Shown: piece by piece, positions 47,677 to 55,121 of the stretch
Layout: every line of letters begins with the position of its first letter
Numbering within the stretch: position 1 is the stretch's first letter
NCBI GenBank assembly: GCA_964625885.1
Contig: CAZVBM010000002.1
Location: forward strand, 7,537 to 71,536
DNA: 64,000 nt
Direction of reading: 5' to 3'
Source: an uncultured Candidatus Saccharibacteria bacterium
GTDB lineage: Bacteria > Patescibacteriota > Saccharimonadia > Saccharimonadales > Saccharimonadaceae
Program-made: the position numbers and the translations under genes
The notes under the pieces: model-generated
What the model saw: the letters and a program-made list of their open reading frames with translations, nothing else
The model's database searches: none
What the model was told of the DNA's origin: nothing

Positions 47677-49203
47677 TTAATAAATCGTTTCAATATTTGC
47701 ACCAAGGGAGTTGAGGCGGCGAGCAAAGTCTTCATAACCCCGATTGATTGAGTAGACATTGCGCAAAATCGACTCGCCTTCGGCCGCCAACATCGCTAGC
47801 ATCAACACTACCGCTGGCCTTAGGGCTGGTGGCGTGACAATTTCTGCTGGCTTGAAGTTAGTTGGTCCAGTGATAATAATGCGGTGCGGATCAATTAGTT
47901 GAGTCGAGACATTTAATTTACTCAGCTCAGCCAAGTAAATCGCCCGGTTCTCGTACACCCAGTCATGAATCATCGTTGGCCCCTCCGCCACCGCCGCAAT
48001 CACCGCAAAAAAGGGCAGGTTATCGATGTTTAAGCCCGGATATGGCATCGGGTGAATTTTATCAACTGAGCAGGTCAACTTGCTCGGCTTTATTGTTATA
48101 TCAACCAGCTTAGTACGCTCATTGCGCGAGAAATAAACATCAGAAACTTTTAAGTTCGCCCCCATGCCCCGCAAAGTTTCGATTTCAACTTCGAGAAAAT
48201 CGATTGGCGCACGCTTAACGGTAATCTCCGAATTGGTTACCAGGCCAGCAGCGATGAAGCTCATAGCTTCAATCGGGTCTTCGCTAATTTCATAACTAAC
48301 GTTTTTATTAATATCGGCAAGACCCTGAACTCTTAGAAGCGTCGTACCGATCCCTTCAATGCGCACCCCTAATTTTTCTAGGAAGAAGCAGACGTCTTGC
48401 ACCATATAGTTCGGACTAGCGTTGTGAATTTCAGTCACGCCACTATGCAAGGCTGCCGCCATCAAGACGTTTTCTGTTACGGTATCACCTCGCTCCACCA
48501 AGACAATCTTGACTGGCTTTTTAGGGTCAACCGCTGAAACTTCAGCTTTATAAAACCCGCCAGCAGTATTGACGCTTAGGCCAAATGATTCTAAGGCCTT
48601 AAGATGCGGCTCAACCGTACGTGCCCCAAGATTACAGCCACCAGCGTACGGTAGCTTGAAGCGCTTATTTTTGTGAAGCAAGACCCCCATTAGCATAATC
48701 ACGCTACGGGTCATACGAGCCGACTCGAGGTTAATTTGGTTAGTATCAAAGCTAACTGGTGGAATTATTTCTAAATCACGATGATTGTTAAGCCAACGAA
48801 CTTTGACGCCCAAACTCTCAATCACTTCAATGATGCGATAAACTTCTTCAATGTTAGCGACGTGCCTGAGCACAGTCTTGCCACGGTTAAGTAACGAAGC
48901 GCAAAGTAGCGCTACAGCCGCGTTTTTTGAGGTATTAATGTTAATTGAGCCGCTTAGTTTCTTGCCACCATTGATACGAAAATGGATCACTCCCTTTTGG
49001 CCAAACGTCAACAGCCCCACTTTTAAAACCTCGCTGATCCTTTCGATCATCTCGAGACTAATGTTTTGTTTACCTTTCTCAATGCGGTTAATCGCACTCT
49101 GGGAAGTACCAACTTTGACCGCCAAATCAGCCTGTGTCATGTTTTTTTGCAAACGCGCGCGCTGAATCAAGTCCCCCACTAAACGTTTATAATTCTTTAC
49201 CAT
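47677..49203 (-). CDS. murA: XRE-type HTH domain fused to UDP-N-acetylglucosamine 1-carboxyvinyltransferase (MurA)
   Basis: The N-terminal 65 aa (LIQRARLQKNMTQADLAVKVGTSQSAINRIEKGKQNISLEMIERISEVL) form a classic HTH_3. The rest is a MurA/EPSP-fold protein (SKNAAVALLCASLL; GGCNLGARTVEPH with the catalytic Cys). Confidence 0.85.
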   Translation of the reverse strand: MVKNYKRLVGDLIQRARLQKNMTQADLAVKVGTSQSAINRIEKGKQNISLEMIERISEVLKVGLLTFGQKGVIHFRINGGKKLSGSININTSKNAAVALLCASLLNRGKTVLRHVANIEEVYRIIEVIESLGVKVRWLNNHRDLEIIPPVSFDTNQINLESARMTRSVIMLMGVLLHKNKRFKLPYAGGCNLGARTVEPHLKALESFGLSVNTAGGFYKAEVSAVDPKKPVKIVLVERGDTVTENVLMAAALHSGVTEIHNASPNYMVQDVCFFLEKLGVRIEGIGTTLLRVQGLADINKNVSYEISEDPIEAMSFIAAGLVTNSEITVKRAPIDFLEVEIETLRGMGANLKVSDVYFSRNERTKLVDITIKPSKLTCSVDKIHPMPYPGLNIDNLPFFAVIAAVAEGPTMIHDWVYENRAIYLAELSKLNVSTQLIDPHRIIITGPTNFKPAEIVTPPALRPAVVLMLAMLAAEGESILRNVYSINRGYEDFARRLNSLGANIETIY

Positions 49204-49246
49204 AGATTAATTATATATCACTAGTGATATATTTCAAGGGCTTGTA

Positions 49247-51682
49247 TTAATTATTAGCAATATAATCAGCTTCTTTTTGCTTTTCGACGATATTTTTTAC
49301 GTCATCAAGCGTAATAGTAATAGTTGAGCCAGATAAATCAGGCCGCGCAATCATTTCCCGTGCCACAATATTCTCAACCGTTGACTGCACCATACGGCGC
49401 ATCGGTCGCGCCCCCAAGCGTGGATCATAGCCAACATCAACCAGATAGCTCATCGCGTCTTCAGCTACTTCTACAGTAACCTTCTGGGCAGACAAGTTCT
49501 TGTTGACTCCCTTGATAATCAATCCCAGAATCTGCATTAGTTCTAGCTTGTTGAGCGGGCGAAAAACCACAATCTCATCAAAACGGTTGAGAAACTCAGG
49601 GCGAAATTGATTAGACGAAATTAGCTCGTCAACAAACTGCTTCTCGAACTTACTGACCTCATAACCCCGCTCTACATACTCACGAATGCGCTGCGCTCCA
49701 GCATTTGAGGTAGCAATAATAATCGCGTCACGGAAACTAACCTCACGATTGTTCTCGTCACGCAGAACGCCTTCATCAAGTAGCTGCAATAGAGTTGATA
49801 GAACAGCCGGATGGGCTTTTTCAATCTCATCTAGCAAGACGACTGAAAACGGTCGCTGCATCACCTGCGCCGTTAAGCTATGCGGATTATTGGCGCCATC
49901 CTCCAATAGGCGCGATACGTCATTGACCGTCACAAACTCGTTCATATCTAGCCGTATGATACTAGCTTCGCCACCAAAATAAACTGCCGCTAGCGACTTA
50001 GCTAGCTCAGTTTTACCAACACCAGTCGGACCCAAAAACAAGAAAGTGCCAATTGGTTTTCCTTGACTGCGCACACCAGCGCGCGCTCGCCTAAGCGCAT
50101 CACTCACCACACTGACTGCTCGATCTTGATTAATCATGCGTTCGTGAATGAGCTGTTCCAAGTTAAGCAACATCTCGCGCTCTTCTTCGTGATTGACAGC
50201 CCCTATTTTAACGTTCATGGTTTTTTCAATCGCTTCTTGCACCGACTCTACGGTCACCAGGCCATCGCGATTGTATCCAGCAGCCGACTCCATTAGACGA
50301 ATGGCCCGCCCTGGCATGGTTAAGTCGTGAATATAACGCTCGCTCAGACGGTAAGCCTCTTTCATCGCTTGATACATATAAATCACCTGAAAGCGCGGCT
50401 CTAAGTCCACCGCCCGATCTTGCATTGCCACAATTGTTTCAAGCTCATCAGTCGGATGAACAACAATTCGGTTTAGTGTATTGACAAGATTTGGATGTTT
50501 TTTATTAATCTGCAGCAGTTTGTGCTCATTGATAGTTAAGATCACTCGCGCATTACCTGACTCAAAGATCGGCAAAAGTACGTTTGATAAATCTATTGCC
50601 CCCACACCTTCTTCAAAAAAGACATGGGCGTTGTCAAAACAAATAATGATATTCTTGGCGTTATAAGCCTCGGCAAAAATCTGAGTAACAAGTTTTTCTA
50701 ACTCTCCCCGACCAGGCGCACCAGCCACAATCGCACTAGCATCCAGCAGTACAATTTGTCTAAACCTTAGGTTGCTGGGTAAGTCATCATCGACCGACAG
50801 CAACTTTTCCGCCAAGGCATAAACCATCGTCGTCTTACCAACGCCATCTAGGCCAACCAACGCCACGTTTTGTCGAGCGCCACCAGAAAAAATATCAATC
50901 ATTTGCTTGATAGCGCCCTGACGAGAGCCAGCCGTCGTCTGCATAAAACGACGGCCGATAATTTCTTGACTGATATTCTGGCCATATTGATCAATCAGTG
51001 GTGTGTAGCCAAACGACCAATCGCGAGCGATACCACCAGTCCGAAGGCGCACGCCAGTCTGGTCCCTAACACCATGAATATAATCATGCCAACGCACACC
51101 AGCGATTAGGTCATCCAGGCTAAGCTGCAACTTGGCCAAAACTTGCTCATAATTAGGGAAATTCTTGATTAGGGCTAGTGCTAAAGCGCCACCCGACAAG
51201 GTAGCTGAGCCAGTTAATTTACGAATCTCTAAAGCTGCTGACCAGATTGCCGGCATATCGGCCGAATTGGTTGATGACAGTTCGGTTAAAAACCTCGGGC
51301 TAATGCCAAAGCGAACTAGCAAGAACGATCCGCTCGAAGTGTGGGTGAGAATCTCTGCCAACTCACGCGGAGTGGGATTTGATGACAGGCGACCCAAAAC
51401 ACTACTCGACAAGATGTTGTCGACTTGATTATCATCACCAGCAATAGTCCCTAGACGATATAGATGCCAGCGCCACCACTGATAAGTTGCCCACATAACA
51501 ATACCCGGAATCGCAATCAGCCAACCAAAGTAATAACCAAAAACCACAGCCGCTAGACCACTAAGCATAAGTAGCCAACTAAACCACTGCAATACAAAAC
51601 GCCAATTTGGAGTGATGCCGACTGTTGCGCGCGCCTCGCTGGCCCGCAAGCTACGATAATTAAACCTCATTACATCAGCCAT
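49247..51682 (-). CDS. Membrane-anchored double-AAA+ Clp/Hsp100-like ATPase
   Basis: Two TM helices near the N-terminus. Walker A motifs GLDGVGKTT (D1) and GPTGVGKTE (D2). ClpB/ClpC-like D2 small domain (GARPMRR). Start at MADVMRF (51682) or MRF (51670, overlapping the upstream stop as TAATG). The track start at 51748 is less likely. Confidence 0.8.
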   Translation of the reverse strand: MADVMRFNYRSLRASEARATVGITPNWRFVLQWFSWLLMLSGLAAVVFGYYFGWLIAIPGIVMWATYQWWRWHLYRLGTIAGDDNQVDNILSSSVLGRLSSNPTPRELAEILTHTSSGSFLLVRFGISPRFLTELSSTNSADMPAIWSAALEIRKLTGSATLSGGALALALIKNFPNYEQVLAKLQLSLDDLIAGVRWHDYIHGVRDQTGVRLRTGGIARDWSFGYTPLIDQYGQNISQEIIGRRFMQTTAGSRQGAIKQMIDIFSGGARQNVALVGLDGVGKTTMVYALAEKLLSVDDDLPSNLRFRQIVLLDASAIVAGAPGRGELEKLVTQIFAEAYNAKNIIICFDNAHVFFEEGVGAIDLSNVLLPIFESGNARVILTINEHKLLQINKKHPNLVNTLNRIVVHPTDELETIVAMQDRAVDLEPRFQVIYMYQAMKEAYRLSERYIHDLTMPGRAIRLMESAAGYNRDGLVTVESVQEAIEKTMNVKIGAVNHEEEREMLLNLEQLIHERMINQDRAVSVVSDALRRARAGVRSQGKPIGTFLFLGPTGVGKTELAKSLAAVYFGGEASIIRLDMNEFVTVNDVSRLLEDGANNPHSLTAQVMQRPFSVVLLDEIEKAHPAVLSTLLQLLDEGVLRDENNREVSFRDAIIIATSNAGAQRIREYVERGYEVSKFEKQFVDELISSNQFRPEFLNRFDEIVVFRPLNKLELMQILGLIIKGVNKNLSAQKVTVEVAEDAMSYLVDVGYDPRLGARPMRRMVQSTVENIVAREMIARPDLSGSTITITLDDVKNIVEKQKEADYIANN

Positions 51683-52059
51683 GACGGCGCCACCTCCAAA
51701 ACGAACAAAATAACGCAAACTGCCGGCAAAAACGGCACAAATAGCCACAGAATCATCGCTACCAGGCTATAAACCAGCCGAGCTAACAAAGCTAACAAGC
51801 CAACTAAAAGCACCCCAAAGCGTATCATCGCGCCAATCAAACGCGAGATTAATCGATCAAACCAGTTGCGCACTTTGTCTTCCAGCGCGCCCTTTTCTAG
51901 TTTTTGCGAATCAATCATGCGAAACGGCTGAAAGAAAGTCTTAATCAATAAATCAATTGAGAAAAAATCCGATGTTTTAATTATCTTATCGGTCAAACGC
52001 TCAAAACGATTTTTTAGGCCGGCTCCATACCACCATTTGAAAAAACTAGCCAAAAGCAT
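51670..52059 (-). CDS. Small hypothetical membrane protein, translationally coupled to the Clp-like gene
   Basis: 129 aa with C-terminal TM helices. Its stop overlaps the downstream start. Confidence 0.6.
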   Translation of the reverse strand: MLLASFFKWWYGAGLKNRFERLTDKIIKTSDFFSIDLLIKTFFQPFRMIDSQKLEKGALEDKVRNWFDRLISRLIGAMIRFGVLLVGLLALLARLVYSLVAMILWLFVPFLPAVCVILFVLEVAPSWLM

Positions 52060-52107
52060 AAGCTAATTATACATCAAACAAGCGTCGCGCTAAAACTAAG
52101 TTTGCGA

Positions 52108-52192
52108 TATAATATGAGCACCTGAGAGAAAAGCGAAACTTGTTTTAGCTTTTCCGAAGGTGAGAAATATTACACGGAGTATAATCAACGTT
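52108..52192 (+). promoter_or_regulatory. Conserved promoter/hairpin module upstream of murT (copy 1 of 2)
   Basis: Order of elements: TATAAT (52108-13), a hairpin cacct...GAAAAGC..GCTTTTC...aggtg (52119-52162), then TATAAT (52180-85), then the ATG 7 nt later. About 85% identical to 55037-55121. Confidence 0.65.
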
Positions 52193-53446
52193 ATGCATTT
52201 TAAACGCTGGCTCTCAATTAAAATCGGCAAGTTCCTGTTACGAGTGGGGCGGATCTACGGTGGCGGCTCAGCTCTGCCCGGTCTGATGATGGAAAAGATT
52301 TATCCAAATTTTGTTCAAGACTCCCTAGGTAACCTACCACTGGGAGTAGCAATCATATCTGGCACCAATGGTAAGACTTCAACCACCAAGGTTGTCAGTC
52401 AAATCTTAACCGAACAAGGGGTGTCAGTTTTTACTAATCCGTCCGGCAGCAATTTCTCACGCGGAGTAGCTTCAGCCTTACTCAAACAGTGCGATAGTCG
52501 TGGTCAAATAAAAGCGCAAATTGCTGTGCTAGAGCTAGATGAAGCTCACGCTGTCCATTTTATTAAGCAAGTTAAGCCAACATATAGCCTACTTCTAAAT
52601 ATCCTGCGCGACCAACTAGACCGCTTCGGCGAGATTGATAAGGTTACAGAGCTATTGAAACAAATTGCCGAGGCCACTACTAAAACCGTGGTAATTAATC
52701 GCGAAGACGCCCGCCTTAGGTCCATCGCTGTTAAACTACCAAACGCCAGCTACTACGGCTATAGCGACAAGGTGGGTGAGCAGCTGCAAAACCTTGACGA
52801 CCCACTAACCGCCGCCGAACTACCGCCAGCTGATGTTGAGCTAGTCTACCATGGCGCCGACAATGCCAATGTTTATCGCATCGGCCACGATAAAATCAGC
52901 ACCAAACCTAAAATGAGCGGACTTTATAATCACTTTAATATTGCTGGTGCCATTGCCCTAGTTCGCGTCATACTGGGCGACAAGCTTGACCTTGACCGGC
53001 TAGTTAATAGCCTAAAGAATCTGGAACCGGCGTTTGGACGAGGCGAAAAATTCCTAATCGGCGGACAAACCACAGAACTAATTTTAGTTAAGAATCCATC
53101 CGGTTTTCAGATGTCAATCAATGCGCTAGCCGACCCCAACGCCGCCATCATGATGGCCGTCAACGATAATTATGCCGACGGTCGTGACACTTCATGGTTA
53201 TGGGATGTTGATTTTACTAACCTGCCACAAAAGACCGTTAATGTCACGTCAGGCAGTCGCTGTTTCGACATGACCAACCGACTAAAATACGATCTAAAAA
53301 AAGTTAAAATTAGTCAGCCAGATTTAAAAATCGCGACCGCTGAACTTTTAACTATTAATCAGCCGCGCCAAATCTTTACTACCTACACCGCCATGATGCA
53401 GATTCGTAAATTTCTACTGGAAGCCGTTAAAGGAGAAAAACCATGA
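52193..53446 (+). CDS. murT: Lipid II isoglutaminyl synthase subunit MurT (Mur-ligase family)
   Basis: ISGTNGKTSTTK P-loop about 55 aa from the MHFKRW start, a Mur ligase middle domain and a DUF1727-like C-terminus. The track ORF starts at 52160. The internal ATG at 52193 gives the expected spacing from the N-terminus to the P-loop (inference). Confidence 0.85.
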   Translation: MHFKRWLSIKIGKFLLRVGRIYGGGSALPGLMMEKIYPNFVQDSLGNLPLGVAIISGTNGKTSTTKVVSQILTEQGVSVFTNPSGSNFSRGVASALLKQCDSRGQIKAQIAVLELDEAHAVHFIKQVKPTYSLLLNILRDQLDRFGEIDKVTELLKQIAEATTKTVVINREDARLRSIAVKLPNASYYGYSDKVGEQLQNLDDPLTAAELPPADVELVYHGADNANVYRIGHDKISTKPKMSGLYNHFNIAGAIALVRVILGDKLDLDRLVNSLKNLEPAFGRGEKFLIGGQTTELILVKNPSGFQMSINALADPNAAIMMAVNDNYADGRDTSWLWDVDFTNLPQKTVNVTSGSRCFDMTNRLKYDLKKVKISQPDLKIATAELLTINQPRQIFTTYTAMMQIRKFLLEAVKGEKP

Positions 53447-54168
53447 GCCAAGAACTGACCATACTACAACTTTATCCAGATGAACTAAACATCTACGGCG
53501 ATGGTGGCAATTTATTGGCCTTAAAGCGCCGACTAGAGTGGCGCGACATCACCGTCAATATCACGCACCACCAAATCGGTGATAATCCCAGCCAATACAA
53601 CCCAGACATTGTTATTGCTGGTGGCGGGCAAGACTCTAACCAAATTAAGATTGCCAGCGATCTAGAGCGGCTACGCGAACAACTGGCTGGCTGGATAGAG
53701 AGCGGCGTGCCATGCCTGATGATCTGCGGAGCTTATCAGATTTTAGGCAAACCTTATCAAAACAACGACGGTGTCACTATACCTGGGTTAAAAATAATTG
53801 ATATTGAAACGAGGGCTGGCAAAGAACGTATCGTCGGTAACCTGGTAATTGATAGCGACGATTTTGGCCGCATTGTTGGTTACGAGAACCACTCCGGACA
53901 AACCTACCTAGGCGCCGAACTCAAACCATTAGGTAGGGCTATAAAAGGCGGCGGTAACAACGGCCAAGACGGTACGGAAGGCTTACAATACAAGAATCTA
54001 ATCGGCACCTATTGCCATGGACCAATCCTGCCGAAAAACCCCAGAGTAGCAGATTTCCTGATTACCCAAGCTTTAAAACGAAAATACGGCGAAAATGTCC
54101 AATTATCGCCACTCGATGATACCGTTGAGCTAGCGGCCCAAAGCCAATCAGCCGATAGGCCACGCTAA
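53443..54168 (+). CDS. gatD: Glutamine amidotransferase GatD (CobB/CobQ-like), partner of MurT
   Basis: Overlaps the murT stop. Nucleophile context MICGAYQILG and the CHGP histidine motif. 241 aa. Confidence 0.85.
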   Translation: MSQELTILQLYPDELNIYGDGGNLLALKRRLEWRDITVNITHHQIGDNPSQYNPDIVIAGGGQDSNQIKIASDLERLREQLAGWIESGVPCLMICGAYQILGKPYQNNDGVTIPGLKIIDIETRAGKERIVGNLVIDSDDFGRIVGYENHSGQTYLGAELKPLGRAIKGGGNNGQDGTEGLQYKNLIGTYCHGPILPKNPRVADFLITQALKRKYGENVQLSPLDDTVELAAQSQSADRPR

Positions 54169-54174
54169 ATAAAA

Positions 54175-54200
54175 CAGACCGCCTATATAGGCGGTCTGTT
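54175..54200. terminator. Bidirectional terminator hairpin
   Basis: cagaccgcc-tatata-ggcggtctg between convergent genes. Confidence 0.65.
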
Positions 54201-54220
54201 CAAATTGTTTAACTTAAAAA

Positions 54221-54646
54221 CTATTTCTTATCTAGCTTATTGCTAATTTCGCCCAAGTAGCGGTAGATCTTGATAATGATCATCGCAAACTGGAAGGTGA
54301 TCCATAGCGCAATATTACCAACAACCAAGGTTAATAGGAACGCTAAGAAGCTAGCACTAATTAACTCGAAAGAGATTAAAGTGGTGAACAAAGCCATGGC
54401 TAGGTAGACTAATTTAAGAATCGCTTCAACCCGTAGACGCTTGAAGTTAACGAAGTCGTGTAACTTGACCGCAAAACCCTTAAACTTGTCACGTGACTGA
54501 CGAGCAAAGAAGAAATAGATTACTAAAGCACCAACAATCGCCAGAACCAGAGCGATAATACCCCAGATCGACAGCGCCGACAACAAGACCGGGCTTGAAG
54601 TGGTGACACGAGTGGTTGGATAATCTAAACCATAACTACTATACAT
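54221..54646 (-). CDS. Hypothetical polytopic membrane protein (141 aa)
   Basis: ORF with 3-4 hydrophobic helices and SD AAGGAAG. Confidence 0.6.
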   Translation of the reverse strand: MYSSYGLDYPTTRVTTSSPVLLSALSIWGIIALVLAIVGALVIYFFFARQSRDKFKGFAVKLHDFVNFKRLRVEAILKLVYLAMALFTTLISFELISASFLAFLLTLVVGNIALWITFQFAMIIIKIYRYLGEISNKLDKK

Positions 54647-54758
54647 ATCTTCCTTTCATTAAATTATTTTAATCATATGTTAATCTAATAATTTTTGCAA
54701 CTGGCAAAGCTCACAGCCTTGATTTTATTAGCAAAATCTACTATACTTTGTACCTAAT

Positions 54759-54835
54759 CGGGGCGTGGCGCAGCTTGGTAGCGCGCGCGGTTTGGGACCG
54801 TGAGGTCGCAAGTTCAAATCTTGTCGCCCCGACCA
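54759..54835 (+). tRNA. tRNA-Pro (anticodon UGG), CCA encoded
   Basis: Hand-folded: acceptor CGGGGCG/CGCCCCG, anticodon loop TTTGGGA, T-arm GCAAG-TTCAAAT-CTTGT. Confidence 0.9.
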
Positions 54836-55030
54836 AATAAAATTAGTCACCTTCATGGTGGCTGATTTTATTTGACCACGGAATGGTGAGTTGAACTTGC
54901 GACGTTTTGCGCCAGCAAAACAAGTCGCAAGTCGTGAAGTGAGTGAAGCGAGTGAAAAGCAGGCCGAAGGCTTGTTTTTCCGAGCGAACGAGCGGAAGAG
55001 CGAGTAATACGAGCGATAATCTTGTCCCAA
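54836..55030 (+). repeat. tRNA-Pro(UGG)-matched trailer unit
   Basis: Elements in order: a terminator-like hairpin at 54836-54876; ttgaacttgcgac (54891-54903), the inverse of the tRNA T-arm 5' side; the inner hairpin gttttgcgccagcaaaac; a direct copy gtcgcaagt (54924-32); a central hairpin GAAAAGC..G.TTTTTC (54954-80); and a 3' copy aatcttgtc (55018-26). Confidence 0.8.
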
Positions 55031-55036
55031 ATATTG

Positions 55037-55121
55037 TATAATTAGAGCATCTGAGCGAAAAGCGAAACCTTGTTTCAGCTTTTCCGAAGATGTGAATAAT
55101 TACACGTAGTATAATCAAGCT
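55037..55121 (+). promoter_or_regulatory. Conserved promoter/hairpin module upstream of the deacetylase gene (copy 2 of 2)
   Basis: Order of elements: TATAAT (55037-42), a hairpin catct...GAAAAGC..GCTTTTC...agatg (55048-55092), then TATAAT (55110-15), then the GTG 6 nt later. Confidence 0.65.

Noticed and set aside
51683-51748. Upstream extension of the Clp-like ORF (track start at 51748, MAICAVFAGSLRYF...)
   Set aside because: The extension overlaps about 80 nt of the upstream membrane-protein gene. The Met codons at 51682 and 51670 give the compact overlap typical of this genome. This remains uncertain without N-terminal data.
52160-52192. GTG start at 52160 for murT, as given by the ORF track
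   Set aside because: It lies inside the conserved hairpin and promoter module. The ATG at 52193 gives the expected distance to the Mur-ligase P-loop.
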